A DNA stretch of 64,000 bases, taken from contig JBBARF010000002.1 of the NCBI GenBank assembly GCA_040399925.1, forward strand, positions 3,213 to 67,212, in the 5' to 3' direction. Below are positions 34,555 to 45,769 of the stretch, in pieces. The position numbers and the translations under genes were made by a program. The stretch's first letter is position 1. Each line of letters opens with the position of its first letter. A model generated the notes under the pieces. It was not told where the DNA came from and made no database searches. It worked only from the letters and a program-made list of their open reading frames with translations. The stretch is from Bacteriovoracaceae bacterium (GTDB lineage: Bacteria; Bdellovibrionota; Bacteriovoracia; Bacteriovoracales; Bacteriovoracaceae).

Positions 34555-35660
34555 AGACGGTGGAATTTCTTAGTTTAAAAGAACTGAATGCTCAGTTTAA
34601 TGAAGAGCTCAAAGCTGCATCGAACAGAGTTATCGATTCTGGTTGGTATATTGGTGGTAGCGAATTAAGTCATTTTGAAAAAGAGTTTGCGACGTACTGT
34701 GGAGTCAAAGAGTGCATTGGTGTGGCCAATGGCCTTGATGCCCTTATCCTGACATTGAGAGCTTGGAAGGAAATGGGGAAACTCAAGGACGGTGATGAAG
34801 TCATCGTTCCGGCTAATACCTACATTGCAAGTGTTCTGGCAATTACTGAGAACAACCTCGTTCCCGTGTTGGTTGAGCCTGATGAGCAAACCTATAACCT
34901 TGACCCAAATTTAATTCGAAAAGCGATTACGCCTAAAACGAAAGTCATTCTTCCTGTTCATTTATATGGTCAGCTAGCGGATATGCCTGCGATCATGAAA
35001 ATTGCGAAGGAATTTAATCTCCTTGTTTTAGAAGATTCAGCACAGGCCCATGGTGCTCAGATTGATGGAATTAAAGCTGGGAACTGGGGAGATGCTTCAG
35101 GGTTTAGTTTTTATCCTGGTAAGAATCTTGGGGCACTCGGTGATGCAGGCGCTATTACCACCAATGATCCTCAGCTTGCGGACACTCTTCGCGCTCTAAG
35201 AAATTATGGTTCTCACGAAAAGTATAAAAATCTGTTTAAAGGTGTGAATAGTCGTTTGGATGAAATCCAAGCGGCATTCTTATCGGTGAAATTGAAGTAT
35301 CTTGATACTCATACAGAAATGCGAAGAAAAGTAATTGAGCAGTATCTGGAAGGGATTACTAATCCGCTGATTAAATTGCCGGTGGTATCTAATCCAGATC
35401 AGCATGTGTGGCATTTGTTTGTTGTTAGATGCGAATCTAGATCAAGTCTTATAGAACACTTGAAGAGAAATGATATTCAAACCTTGGTTCATTATCCGAT
35501 CCCTCCCCATAAACAGGATGCTTATAAAGAATTTAAGCACCTCTCGTTTTCATTAACAGAAAAAATTCACGATGAAGTTCTGAGTTTGCCACTCTCGCCG
35601 GTCATGACCGATGAAGATCTACTTAGGGTCATTGATGCGATCAATGCTTACCAAGCATGA
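34551..35660 (+). CDS. fdtB: dTDP-3-amino-3,6-dideoxyhexose aminotransferase (FdtB, DegT family)
   Basis: [43 protein letters not shown]. Confidence 0.88.
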   Translation: MKTVEFLSLKELNAQFNEELKAASNRVIDSGWYIGGSELSHFEKEFATYCGVKECIGVANGLDALILTLRAWKEMGKLKDGDEVIVPANTYIASVLAITENNLVPVLVEPDEQTYNLDPNLIRKAITPKTKVILPVHLYGQLADMPAIMKIAKEFNLLVLEDSAQAHGAQIDGIKAGNWGDASGFSFYPGKNLGALGDAGAITTNDPQLADTLRALRNYGSHEKYKNLFKGVNSRLDEIQAAFLSVKLKYLDTHTEMRRKVIEQYLEGITNPLIKLPVVSNPDQHVWHLFVVRCESRSSLIEHLKRNDIQTLVHYPIPPHKQDAYKEFKHLSFSLTEKIHDEVLSLPLSPVMTDEDLLRVIDAINAYQA

Positions 35661-36907
35661 GTTTAGTTAGAACCAGTCTCTTGAATGGTATCGCAGTCAT
35701 GGTCAGAATGCTGACTTTGCTGGGTATTAACAAAGTACTGGCTATTTATGTGGGACCTTTAGGGTTTGCAGTGGTGGGGCAATTCTATAATGCCGTTCAA
35801 ATGATTACGACTTTTGCCAGTGGGGCGATAAATATTGGCGTTGTTAGATATACAGCCGAGCATGCTCAGGATGAAGTGCTCCTTCGGAAGACTTGGCAGA
35901 CTTCGGGGAAGATAGCTTTATTTGGATCAGTTATCGCTTCAGTACTCATTATTGCTTTTCATACTCAATTAGCCGGCCTTTTTTTAAAGGATGAATCTTT
36001 AGGCAGTGTGTTTATTTGGTTCGGAGCTTCGCTTGTATTTTTTGTATTCAATACACTTTTACTAGCAATTCTTAATGGTAAAAAAGAAATCCGTCGATTT
36101 GTAATAGCCAATATTGTCGGCAGTTTGCTTTCGCTTATTCTGACTTCGTGGCTGGCAATTACATATAAACTTTACGGATCCCTAGTGGCTCTTGGGATTT
36201 ATCAATCAATTGCATTCTTTGGAACTCTATCATTGTGCCTAAGAACAAACTGGTTCAAGATCTCTTACCTTTATGGTGAGATTGATTGGACTATTGCTCG
36301 AAATCTCGCCAAATATACAATCATGGCCTTAACCTCAGCTATTTTTGTTCCCTTAAGCCAGATTTTTATTCGGAATCATATTGGTACTAACATTAGTTGG
36401 GTCGCTGCTGGTTATTGGGAAGCGATGTGGAAATTTAGTTCTGCGTACTTGTTGTTTATAACATCCACCCTTAGCGTTTATTATTTGCCTCGAATTTCAG
36501 AAATCAATAAACCAGAAGAGTTAAGAAAAGAAATTTTTAATTGCTTTAAGTTTGTTATTCCTCTTTCGATAGTCGGAGGAGTCCTTGCCTACAATCTAAG
36601 AGATGTAATCATTGGTATTCTCTTTACCTCGGAATTTTCGTTGGTCAGAGATCTTTTCTTTTGGCAGTTAATCGGGGATACCTTGAAGGTCGCTAGCTGG
36701 ATTTTGGGATTTGTTTATTTAGCGAAGGGATATGTAAAGTGGTACGTCGCTTCGGAAATATTCTCATGTTTTACCTTCTACATACTTGTGGTCCTATTAC
36801 AGCCGAAATATGGCCTTGAAGCTTCGGCCATTGCCCATGCGATCAATTATTTAGTATATTTTGGTGTCGTGTATATTGGTCTTCGACCCAAAGGCTACGT
36901 TAGATGA
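35657..36907 (+). CDS. wzx: O-antigen flippase (Wzx)
   Basis: About 12 TM helices; [20 protein letters not shown] typical of Wzx linked to fdt genes. Confidence 0.88.
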   Translation: MSLVRTSLLNGIAVMVRMLTLLGINKVLAIYVGPLGFAVVGQFYNAVQMITTFASGAINIGVVRYTAEHAQDEVLLRKTWQTSGKIALFGSVIASVLIIAFHTQLAGLFLKDESLGSVFIWFGASLVFFVFNTLLLAILNGKKEIRRFVIANIVGSLLSLILTSWLAITYKLYGSLVALGIYQSIAFFGTLSLCLRTNWFKISYLYGEIDWTIARNLAKYTIMALTSAIFVPLSQIFIRNHIGTNISWVAAGYWEAMWKFSSAYLLFITSTLSVYYLPRISEINKPEELRKEIFNCFKFVIPLSIVGGVLAYNLRDVIIGILFTSEFSLVRDLFFWQLIGDTLKVASWILGFVYLAKGYVKWYVASEIFSCFTFYILVVLLQPKYGLEASAIAHAINYLVYFGVVYIGLRPKGYVR

Positions 36908-37800
36908 ACTCAAGTCCTAAAGTCTCTATTATAGTGCCTTGTTACAATCATCGTATCTTCATTGAGAAGCTAATCGATTCTATTTATCGTCAAACATTTA
37001 AAGATTTTGAACTCATTGTATTGGATGATGGTTCTAAAGATGGTTCAGCAGAACTTCTGAAAACCCTCTCTGAGAAGCACCATTTCTATTTAAAGATCAA
37101 AGATAATGAAGGTCTATGCAAAACCCTAAATCAAGGTCTAGCGCTCGCTAAGGGCGAATATATAACGATTATTGCCAGTGATGATTTTATTCCTGAGTAT
37201 CGACTTGAGGAACAGGTGAACTTTTTTAATGATCGACCCGAAATAGATGTGGTCGCAGGTTGTATGACAGTCGTTGATATAAATAATAATGAAACGAACT
37301 ATAAAAACACTGCAGTTAAAGGACTCGTTTCTTTGCATGAGATGCTTAAGAGAAATCGTGTATTTGCAGCTACAGCGATGATCAGAATGAGTACCTATAA
37401 AAAGTTTGGAAACTATAACGAAAATCATGTTTTTGAAGACTTTGGAATGTGGTTGAAAATCTTGAAGGGTAACGGGAAAATATTTAATACTTCACAAATG
37501 TGGGCATTTTATAGGATTGATAATCGTGATTTAGAGAGAAAATTTAACTGGTATTTTAAAGGGATAATGCAAGTCCTTGAAGATTATTCGGATTATCCCT
37601 CAATAAAACAGATTCGATATCGTCATACCATGACTTTTTTAATTAAAGTGGCATTGCTTCTTGGAAATGAAGCAGTTAAAAAATATCCAAAGGTATACAC
37701 TTCAGTAGATTTGAAAGGTCGAATCTTAGTAAATCTTGTTTCGCTATCGCCTTCGATAATAAGACAAGGTGTCATGACCTTCTTGAAATTAAGAAGTTAA
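36904..37800 (+). CDS. GT2 glycosyltransferase
   Basis: VSIIVPCYN, DDGSKD, IASDD, EDFGMW. Confidence 0.9.
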   Translation: MNSSPKVSIIVPCYNHRIFIEKLIDSIYRQTFKDFELIVLDDGSKDGSAELLKTLSEKHHFYLKIKDNEGLCKTLNQGLALAKGEYITIIASDDFIPEYRLEEQVNFFNDRPEIDVVAGCMTVVDINNNETNYKNTAVKGLVSLHEMLKRNRVFAATAMIRMSTYKKFGNYNENHVFEDFGMWLKILKGNGKIFNTSQMWAFYRIDNRDLERKFNWYFKGIMQVLEDYSDYPSIKQIRYRHTMTFLIKVALLLGNEAVKKYPKVYTSVDLKGRILVNLVSLSPSIIRQGVMTFLKLRS

Positions 37801-38888
37801 AAATAATTTTCTGTGATGTGTTTCGCGATGGCTGGAGCCGAAGTCAGACCGGGTGATTCTATACCAAGACATTCGATGTAATTTTTAACAGGTGACTTGA
37901 TCCAGAAGTCAGTAAAAAGTTTCTTATCATCTTTAAACCTGATTTTACTGCGGCAACCAGCATAGTCCCAATGAAGCTTTTCTTTCTCGATATTCTTAAA
38001 ATAAAAACCAATCAAGTTTTCCATTTCTTCAAGTGCATCTAGGGGAGGAGTGTAGCTGACATTAGTAATCTCTTCTGTATTCGGGCCAAATTTAACTTTC
38101 CCATCCAAATCAATAGTAGAATGAACTCCCAGTCCTTTTAAATCAGCAGGAGGAATTGGATAATAAAGAGTTTCATACTTTAATTTTTGGGTTGTTGAAA
38201 GATAGTGGCCTCTAACGAAATAATTTTCTAGGTCATTTAAACCAAGCTTCTCTCTCAGGCTTATGGCCCCTAATCCCCCGGCGTTGATAACTTTGCTCGC
38301 TTTTAGATCGAAAGCCGGAAATTTAATAATGAATTCAGCATTGGTGAAACTTAAAGAATCTACTTGGCTAAGAAGAAATACATTCACACCTCTGGCCTCC
38401 AAATTGTATTTCAATTTAGTGATCGCTTCTGAAACATTTATAATTCCAGTAGAAGGAGAACTGATAGCATTGAATGCATTTACATCCGTTTGAAGAATCT
38501 GAAGTTCTTTTTTTGAAGCCCACTCTATAGGAACATCATTCTTGGCAGCATTTTTAATTAATTCGTCAAGATTTGAGTCTTCAGATTCCGAATTTGAGAA
38601 AATTAATTTTCCGCATTTTCTGAAACCAATTTCTAAATCCGAAGCCAGCTTCTTCCAAAGTTGATTTCCTTCCAGACATAATAAATGTTTTAAACTTTTA
38701 TTCGGATAATATAAACCGGCATGTAAAACGCCACTGTTCCGCCCGCTAGAATGCTCCCCTAAGTAGGGTTCTTTATCAAATACTGCAATTTCACAATCAG
38801 GGAATTGATTTTTAATTTCATAGGCGAGAGTCAAGCCTATGATGCCTGCTCCAATAATTGCTACATCAACAGCAACAGTCTCTTGCAT
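37797..38888 (-). CDS. lhgO: FAD-dependent oxidoreductase, L-2-hydroxyglutarate oxidase (LhgO) family
   Basis: IIGAGIIG, HSSGRNSGVLHAGLYY, GVHSTIDLDG, GIESPGLTSAPAIA. Confidence 0.8.
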   Translation of the reverse strand: MQETVAVDVAIIGAGIIGLTLAYEIKNQFPDCEIAVFDKEPYLGEHSSGRNSGVLHAGLYYPNKSLKHLLCLEGNQLWKKLASDLEIGFRKCGKLIFSNSESEDSNLDELIKNAAKNDVPIEWASKKELQILQTDVNAFNAISSPSTGIINVSEAITKLKYNLEARGVNVFLLSQVDSLSFTNAEFIIKFPAFDLKASKVINAGGLGAISLREKLGLNDLENYFVRGHYLSTTQKLKYETLYYPIPPADLKGLGVHSTIDLDGKVKFGPNTEEITNVSYTPPLDALEEMENLIGFYFKNIEKEKLHWDYAGCRSKIRFKDDKKLFTDFWIKSPVKNYIECLGIESPGLTSAPAIAKHITENYF

Positions 38889-39980
38889 TTATTTGATGGC
38901 GTTAAAAAGACACTCAACAACTTTGTCCTGTGTTTTTTCATCGAGGTATGGGTGCATCGGTAAACTCATGACTCTTTCGCCAGCTCTTTCCGAATGAGGG
39001 AAATCTCCTAATTTATAACCAATATTTTTGTAAACCGGTTGTAAATGCATTGGAATCGGATAATGGACTGCAGTCGGTACGCCCATTTCATTTAATCGAG
39101 CTTGAACCACTTTTCTATTATCCACCTCAACCGTATATTGAGCGTAGACATTCGTCTGGTTAGAGGGAACTTTTTGGATTTTTAATTGGTCACCAATTAG
39201 TTTTGAATACCTAGCACCAATCTTTTCACGCAACTTAACTTCTTCTTCGAAGATTTCCATTTTGGCCAAAAGGATTGCTGCTTGAAGGGTGTCCATTCTT
39301 CCGTTGATACCCACCTGGGTGTGGTAGTAACGACTTTCTTGACCATGAACACGAAGCTCTTTCATTTTTTGGGCCAGACCATCATCATTTGTAAAACAAG
39401 CCCCGCTATCACCATATCCACCCAGAGGTTTAGATGGAAAAAAGCTAGTGCAACCAACGGTTGTCAAAGAACAAGCTTTCTTGCCCTTGTAAGTAGAACC
39501 GAAACTTTGGGCCGCATCTTCGAATACGGGGATTTTGTGCTTTGCTGCAATTTGATTAATAGGGTCAAAATCAGCAGAAAGGCCATAAAGACTGACCGGC
39601 ACAATTGCTTTGGTTTTATTTGTAATGGCCGCTTCTATTTTCTTAGGGTCTAAATTGTAAGTGTCAGGATCTATGTCTACTAATACGAGCTTAGCCCCGA
39701 TTAAAGAGATCATTTCGCCAGTTGCGAAGAATGTGAATGGTGTTGTGATAATTTCATCACCTGGTCCAATATTCATGGCCATCATTGCAAGTAACAAAGC
39801 ATCTGTTCCACTCGAGTTAGAAATGCAGTGTTTCGAACCGACATAATTGCTTAAAACTGCTTCAAGTTCAGCAATTTCAGGACCCATTATGTATTGCCCA
39901 TGGTCGAGGACTTTCATCATCCTACTATCTATGCTTTTTCGAATTTTTGATTGTTGGGTTTTTAGATCGATAAATTCCAT
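38889..39980 (-). CDS. wbpE: UDP-3-keto-GlcNAcA aminotransferase (WbpE/WlbC)
   Basis: MEFIDLKTQ, SFFPSKPLGGYGDSGA, GINGRMDTLQAA, SLPMHPY. Confidence 0.88.
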   Translation of the reverse strand: MEFIDLKTQQSKIRKSIDSRMMKVLDHGQYIMGPEIAELEAVLSNYVGSKHCISNSSGTDALLLAMMAMNIGPGDEIITTPFTFFATGEMISLIGAKLVLVDIDPDTYNLDPKKIEAAITNKTKAIVPVSLYGLSADFDPINQIAAKHKIPVFEDAAQSFGSTYKGKKACSLTTVGCTSFFPSKPLGGYGDSGACFTNDDGLAQKMKELRVHGQESRYYHTQVGINGRMDTLQAAILLAKMEIFEEEVKLREKIGARYSKLIGDQLKIQKVPSNQTNVYAQYTVEVDNRKVVQARLNEMGVPTAVHYPIPMHLQPVYKNIGYKLGDFPHSERAGERVMSLPMHPYLDEKTQDKVVECLFNAIK

Positions 39981-40043
39981 TTTTCCCTCTTAAATAAGAC
40001 TTTTTCATTTACGAAAGTCATGACGTACAGCTAATATCTGGCT

Positions 40044-40057
40044 TCAAAATATTTTGA
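40044..40057. promoter_or_regulatory. Perfect 14-bp palindrome in the divergent wbpE/wbpA intergenic region
   Basis: TCAAAATATTTTGA; AT-rich, so significance is limited. Confidence 0.3.
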
Positions 40058-40070
40058 GAGGAAATGTAGC

Positions 40071-41372
40071 ATGAATCAGCTGATTACATCATTAAAAAAT
40101 ACGAACTCAAAAATCGGGATTGTTGGTCTGGGTTATGTGGGTCTTCCCCTAATGCTTCGCTATCAAGAAGAAGGTTATAAAGTAATTGGTTTTGATATTG
40201 ATGAATTTAAAGTCTCTCGTTTGATGAAGGGTGAAAGTTATATTGAACACATCCGTTCTGAAAAAATTAAACTCGCTGTATCTCAAGGGTTTGAAGCAAC
40301 TTTGGATTTCAAAAGAATCAAAGAAGTTGACGCAATTATTCTTTGCGTTCCAACACCGCTTAATAAATATCGTGAACCGGATCTTAGTTTTGTTTTAAAT
40401 ACTGTTGATTCAATTGTTCCTCATCTTCGCGCAGGTCAGATTGTTTCACTTGAAAGTACTACTTACCCAGGAACAACAGAAGAAGAACTTCTTCCAAGAA
40501 TCGAATCTCGTGGCTTGAAAGTTGGACAAGATGTTTACTTAGTATTCTCGCCGGAAAGAGAAGATCCAGGACGTGGTGATTATACTACAAAAACAACTCC
40601 TAAGGTTGTTGGTGGTCAAACTAAGAACTGTCTTGAAGTAGGAATGGCCCTATACGGAAAAGTCATTGATCAGGTTGTACCAGTGAGTTCAACCAAAGCT
40701 GCTGAGATGACAAAATTGTTAGAAAATATTCACAGAGCAGTAAATATTGGTCTAGTAAATGAAATGAAAATCGTTTGTGATAAAATGGGTATCGACATTC
40801 ACGAAGTCATTGATGCCGCTGCAACTAAACCATTTGGTTTCGTAGCTTATCGTCCAGGCCCTGGTCTTGGCGGTCACTGCATTCCTATCGATCCCTTTTA
40901 CTTAACGTGGAAAGCGCGTGAGTACGGTGTACATACGCGTTTCATTGAACTTGCAGGTGAAATCAATTCATCTATGCCTTCATATGTTCTGAAAAAGATC
41001 GCAAAGTCTTTAAACGAAAGAAAAAAATCAATCAACGGTTCAAAAATCCTTATTCTTGGAATTTCATACAAGAAGAATGTTGATGATATGAGAGAGTCTC
41101 CATCTGTTTTTTTGATGGAAAAGCTTAGAGCAGAAGGTGCAGAGATCAGTTACTCAGATCCTCACGTTCCAGTCTTCCCAAAAATGCGTGAGCACAAATT
41201 TGACTTGAAATCAGTGGAGCTAAATGCTGCTACTTTGAAATCATACGATTGTATCGTGCTAACAACGGATCATGATCGATTTGATTATAAGTTGATCATT
41301 GATAATGCTTCTCTGATTATCGACACACGCGGAAAGTATCGTGATCAATCTGACAACCTGGTTAGAGCTTAA
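40071..41372 (+). CDS. wbpA: UDP-GlcNAc 6-dehydrogenase (WbpA)
   Basis: [44 protein letters not shown]. Confidence 0.9.
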   Translation: MNQLITSLKNTNSKIGIVGLGYVGLPLMLRYQEEGYKVIGFDIDEFKVSRLMKGESYIEHIRSEKIKLAVSQGFEATLDFKRIKEVDAIILCVPTPLNKYREPDLSFVLNTVDSIVPHLRAGQIVSLESTTYPGTTEEELLPRIESRGLKVGQDVYLVFSPEREDPGRGDYTTKTTPKVVGGQTKNCLEVGMALYGKVIDQVVPVSSTKAAEMTKLLENIHRAVNIGLVNEMKIVCDKMGIDIHEVIDAAATKPFGFVAYRPGPGLGGHCIPIDPFYLTWKAREYGVHTRFIELAGEINSSMPSYVLKKIAKSLNERKKSINGSKILILGISYKKNVDDMRESPSVFLMEKLRAEGAEISYSDPHVPVFPKMREHKFDLKSVELNAATLKSYDCIVLTTDHDRFDYKLIIDNASLIIDTRGKYRDQSDNLVRA

Positions 41373-42259
41373 TGAAAAACTTTGCTGTCATTGGAGTAGG
41401 TGGATATATAGCTCCAAGACATCTTGAAGCTATCAAGGTAACCGGCAACAAGATGGTAGCCGCTTATGATACAAAGGATTCTGTAGGAATCCTTGATCGA
41501 TATTTCCCTGACTGCAAATTTTTTACTGATTTCGAAAGATTTGAATCATATGTTGAGTCTTTGAAAAACACTAAAGACCAGCTTGATTATGTTTCAATTT
41601 GCTCACCTAATTACCTTCATTCTTCACATATCAAGTTTGCTCTTCGACATGGGGCCAATGCTATTTGTGAGAAGCCATTAGTACTTCTTGAAAGTGACGT
41701 GGATGAATTAGCTGCTTATGAAAAAAAGTTTGATAAGAAGGTTTATACTGTTCTTCAGCTTCGCGTGCACGAAGCCATCATCAATCTAAAAGCGAAAGTA
41801 GATAAAGCTAATAAAACTGATCATAAGGTTGAGCTTACTTATTTAACTTCTCGTGGAAACTGGTATTTCGAATCTTGGAAAGGCGACGATAAAAAGTCGG
41901 GTGGTCTTTCTACAAATATCGGAGTTCATTTCTTTGATATGTTGACCTGGATTTTTGGGACGATGAAGAATGTCGAAATTATTGAAAAATCCCCATCCAT
42001 AGAAAGAGGGTTTGTAGAGCTTGAGAAGGCTAAAGTTAACTGGATGCTTTCGGTTGATAGGAACTTACTCCCTGCTGATGCTGTTGCTTCGGGAAAAACA
42101 ACTTTTCGCTCAATAAAAATTGATGGAGAAGAGTTTGAGTTCTCTGAAGGTTTCACAGAGCTTCATAATACTGTTTACAAAGAAATCCTTGCCGGTAAGG
42201 GCTACGGCCTTGAAGCTGCCCGAATTGCAATTCGAATTGTAGAAAACTTAAGGAAATAA
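41372..42259 (+). CDS. wbpB: UDP-GlcNAcA 3-dehydrogenase (WbpB/WlbA, P. aeruginosa-like)
   Basis: [58 protein letters not shown]. Confidence 0.92.
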   Translation: MKNFAVIGVGGYIAPRHLEAIKVTGNKMVAAYDTKDSVGILDRYFPDCKFFTDFERFESYVESLKNTKDQLDYVSICSPNYLHSSHIKFALRHGANAICEKPLVLLESDVDELAAYEKKFDKKVYTVLQLRVHEAIINLKAKVDKANKTDHKVELTYLTSRGNWYFESWKGDDKKSGGLSTNIGVHFFDMLTWIFGTMKNVEIIEKSPSIERGFVELEKAKVNWMLSVDRNLLPADAVASGKTTFRSIKIDGEEFEFSEGFTELHNTVYKEILAGKGYGLEAARIAIRIVENLRK

Positions 42260-42261
42260 TA

Positions 42262-42846
42262 ATGACACTTCTCTATACGAAACATGAAACGGCTATTGTC
42301 GACGAAGGTGCACAGATTGGTGCAGGTTCTCGAGTCTGGCATTGGGTTCATATTTCTGGGAAAGCAAAAATTGGTGAGAAGTGCTCATTTGGACAAAATG
42401 TTTTTGTTGGAAACAACGTTGTTATCGGTAACAACTGCAAAATCCAAAACAATGTTTCAATCTACGATAATGTTTTCCTTGAAGATGATGTTTTTTGTGG
42501 ACCAAGTATGGTTTTCACGAATGTTTATAATCCTCGTTCAGCTATCGTTCGTAAGGACGAGTATAGAAATACTTACGTTAAGAAAGGTGTGACGATTGGA
42601 GCTAATGCAACAATCGTGTGTGGTGTTACTCTGGGGGAATTTTCATTCATTGCTGCGGGTGCAGTGATAAACAAAGACGTTAAGCCATTCGCACTCATGG
42701 CCGGTGTTCCGGCTAAGCAAATTGGTTGGATGAGTAAATATGGAGAACAAATTAAACTTCCTCTTGAAGGGAAGGGCGAGTTTGTTTGCACCAATACAAA
42801 AGAAAAGTATGTATTGAATGGATCAAAGCTCGAGGTATATAGCTAA
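42262..42846 (+). CDS. wbpD: UDP-GlcNAc3NA N-acetyltransferase (WbpD/WlbB)
   Basis: [32 protein letters not shown]. Confidence 0.92.
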   Translation: MTLLYTKHETAIVDEGAQIGAGSRVWHWVHISGKAKIGEKCSFGQNVFVGNNVVIGNNCKIQNNVSIYDNVFLEDDVFCGPSMVFTNVYNPRSAIVRKDEYRNTYVKKGVTIGANATIVCGVTLGEFSFIAAGAVINKDVKPFALMAGVPAKQIGWMSKYGEQIKLPLEGKGEFVCTNTKEKYVLNGSKLEVYS

Positions 42847-44759
42847 TGTGCGGAATTGCTGGAGCGATCAATTTAGGTTACTCGAAGGTTAATAAGCTCA
42901 AGAAAAGTATTGAGGTTATGAACCAGCTTCAGCACCATCGTGGTCCTGACGGTGAAGGCATATGGCAACACTCTAAAGAATTTATCGGTTTCGGCCATAA
43001 GCGTTTAGCGATTATTGATCTTTCTACAGGTCATCAGCCCATGTCTAATGAGGCAGGCTGCACGATTACTTATAACGGCGAAATCTACAATTACCTGGAA
43101 CTCAGAAAAGACCTTTCTCACGATTATTCATTCAAAACTAATTCCGATACAGAAGTTATCCTTGCTGCTTATCTTAAGTGGGGAGTTGATTGTGTAAAGC
43201 ACTTTAGAGGAATGTTCGCCTTTGCTCTCTGGGATGAGAAGAAAGGTCGTTTGTTCTGTGCCCGCGATCAGTTTGGGATTAAGCCTTTCTATTACACGAT
43301 TGTTGATGGAACGCTTTATTTTGCTTCAGAGATGAAGGCACTCTTGCCTATTATACCAAAGCTCGAGATTGAAGATACTGCACTCAGAGATTATCTGGTA
43401 TTCCAACTATACCTAGGCCACAAAACTCCATTTAAAGGTGTAAATGAACTTAAAGCTGCTCATCATCTTGTTATCGAAAACGGAAATCTGAATTTTGAGA
43501 GATACTGGGAAGTTTACTACACTCAGGATTGGTCTCATTCTCATAGTTATTTTGAAGAGAAGCTCCGCTCATTAATTGATGAGTCTGTAGAAATGCACTT
43601 GAGAAGTGATGTGCCTGTTGGTGCTTACGTTTCTGGTGGTATTGATTCAAGTTCGATCGCGGGTCTCGCTAAAAAACATACTGGTAAAGATGTCGTCGGT
43701 TTTGTCGGGAAGTTTGCCAATGAAGGTGATCTTTACGATGAATCTTCTTATGCAAGGTCTGCCTGTAAAATGCACGGCATGGAACTTCATGAGAGAAATA
43801 TAACGGCTGACGATTTTAAAAAGAATATCGAGAGCGTAATTTATCATCTCGATTGTCCAATAGCTGGTCCCGGTTCATTCCCTCAATATTGTGTATCTGA
43901 ACTGGCGTCGAAGCATAGAAAAGTTGTTCTTGGTGGTCAGGGTGGGGATGAGATCTTTGGTGGTTACACCAGATATCTTGTTGCTTACTTCGAGCAGTGT
44001 ATTAAGGGTGCTATTGATGGTTCATTGGGTAACGGGAATTATGTTGTAACATACGAATCGATTATTCCAAATCTCCAGGCACTTTCGAATTACAAACCCA
44101 TGATCAAAGAGTTTTTCTCTCAGGGATTATTTGATCCGATGGATAAACGCTATTACCAGCTTATTAATCGTGCTCCGAGCTTGGGTAGCGAGATTAACTG
44201 GAATGAATTTTCAGCTTATAGTCCGTTTGATTCATTCAGTAAGATCTTCAATGGAACGAATGTTGGTAAAGAATCTTTCTTTGATAAAATGACCCATTTT
44301 GATTTTAAAACACTGCTCCCTGGACTTTTACAGGTGGAAGATAGAATGAGCATGGCCCATAGTATTGAATCTCGTGTGCCGTTGATTGAGAGTAAGATTG
44401 TAGAGTTTGCGGCTACTATGCCTGCAGATATCAAATTCAAAGATGGAACGCTCAAACTCATATATACAAATACAATTAAAGACATGCTTCCTCCCGATAT
44501 TTTGGCGAGAAAGAACAAGATGGGATTCCCTGTGCCGTTCAATCAATGGATGAAGCATGATATTAAGGATTTCGTTTTTGATATTATGAGCTCGAGCTCA
44601 GCTAAGCACCGTCAGTATATTTCAAATGAAAAAGTTATAGATCAAATCGATAATCAAAGTGAATTCGGTCGTAAGATCTGGGGGCTATTGTCTCTAGAGA
44701 TTTGGCAGAGAGAATTTTTTGATAATCACCACAAATTTAAAGAGTTATTGAATTCCTAG
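42846..44759 (+). CDS. asnB: Asparagine-synthase-type amidotransferase, copy 1 (uronamide formation)
   Basis: N-terminal MCGI, HRGPD, GHKRLAIID, SGGIDSS, GQGGDE, ESRVP. Confidence 0.9.
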   Translation: MCGIAGAINLGYSKVNKLKKSIEVMNQLQHHRGPDGEGIWQHSKEFIGFGHKRLAIIDLSTGHQPMSNEAGCTITYNGEIYNYLELRKDLSHDYSFKTNSDTEVILAAYLKWGVDCVKHFRGMFAFALWDEKKGRLFCARDQFGIKPFYYTIVDGTLYFASEMKALLPIIPKLEIEDTALRDYLVFQLYLGHKTPFKGVNELKAAHHLVIENGNLNFERYWEVYYTQDWSHSHSYFEEKLRSLIDESVEMHLRSDVPVGAYVSGGIDSSSIAGLAKKHTGKDVVGFVGKFANEGDLYDESSYARSACKMHGMELHERNITADDFKKNIESVIYHLDCPIAGPGSFPQYCVSELASKHRKVVLGGQGGDEIFGGYTRYLVAYFEQCIKGAIDGSLGNGNYVVTYESIIPNLQALSNYKPMIKEFFSQGLFDPMDKRYYQLINRAPSLGSEINWNEFSAYSPFDSFSKIFNGTNVGKESFFDKMTHFDFKTLLPGLLQVEDRMSMAHSIESRVPLIESKIVEFAATMPADIKFKDGTLKLIYTNTIKDMLPPDILARKNKMGFPVPFNQWMKHDIKDFVFDIMSSSSAKHRQYISNEKVIDQIDNQSEFGRKIWGLLSLEIWQREFFDNHHKFKELLNS

Positions 44760-44765
44760 GAGGAA

Positions 44766-45716
44766 ATGATGAGAGTTTTAATTACTGGAGGATCAGGTTT
44801 CGTTGGTTCTCATACAGCCGACAGATTATTAGCTTCAGGACACGAAGTATTCGTCATTGATAACTTTGCAACTGGACGTAAAGATAACCTGCGTGCTCAT
44901 AAAAATCTTCAAGTCGCTGAAGGCACTATCGCAGACGCTAAGTTCGTAAATGAATGCTTTACTAAATTTAAGCCTGAAGTTGTAGTTCATGCCGCTGCTG
45001 CTTATAAAGATCCGGAAGCTTGGGAAGAAGATACTCAAACAAACGTATTGGGATCTATTAACGTTGTACGTGCTGCTAAAGCCGTAAATGCTAAAAGAGT
45101 TATCTACTTCCAAACCGCTCTTTGTTACGGCCTTAAGCCAATTCAACAGCCGATTACTTTCACGCACCCGTTGTTCTCAGGCGGCTATGAAGGTGGAAGT
45201 TCTTATGCAATCTCTAAAACTGGTGGAGAACAATATATTGAGCTATCAGGTCTAGATTTCATTTCTTTCCGTCTTGCAAATGCTTACGGTCCAAGAAATA
45301 TCAGTGGTCCACTTCCAACATTCTTTGCTCGTCTTACAACTGGTAAGTCATGCTTCTGCATGGATACACGTCGTGACTTCATTTACATCCAGGATCTGGT
45401 TGATGTTGTTGAAAAAGCAATTCATGGCGAAGGTAAACGTGGATACTACCATATCTCTACTGGTAGCGATTATTCGATCAAAGAACTTTACGACGCGACA
45501 ATTAAGGCTCTGAATATGCCTGAAAAAGCTGACGTTCCTATAACTCCACGGAATCCAGATGATGTTTACACAATTCTCATCGATCCATCTAAAACTGAGA
45601 AAGATTTCAATTGGAAACCTAAAACTCAATTAGAAGACGGGATTGCGGCAGCGATTAATTACTATAAAGAATATGGTATCAATCAAACTTACACTCATCT
45701 TAAAGAAACTAAGTAG
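44766..45716 (+). CDS. Extended SDR, WbmG/WbmH-like
   Basis: IDNFATG, HAAAAYKDP, FQTALCYG.KPIQQP, GPLPTFF, YTHL: motifs shared with Bordetella WbmG/H. Confidence 0.8.
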   Translation: MMRVLITGGSGFVGSHTADRLLASGHEVFVIDNFATGRKDNLRAHKNLQVAEGTIADAKFVNECFTKFKPEVVVHAAAAYKDPEAWEEDTQTNVLGSINVVRAAKAVNAKRVIYFQTALCYGLKPIQQPITFTHPLFSGGYEGGSSYAISKTGGEQYIELSGLDFISFRLANAYGPRNISGPLPTFFARLTTGKSCFCMDTRRDFIYIQDLVDVVEKAIHGEGKRGYYHISTGSDYSIKELYDATIKALNMPEKADVPITPRNPDDVYTILIDPSKTEKDFNWKPKTQLEDGIAAAINYYKEYGINQTYTHLKETK

Positions 45717-45721
45717 TCAGC

Positions 45722-45769
45722 TAGATCTTCGACAAAGATAGATCAATCTATCTTTGTCGAACTGATCTA
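45722..45769. repeat. Long intergenic inverted repeat (16-bp perfect core, 22 bp with a 2-nt bulge)
   Basis: TAGATC-TTCGACAAAGATAGAT-ca-ATCTATCTTTGTCGAA-ct-GATCTA; no U-tract. Confidence 0.85.
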
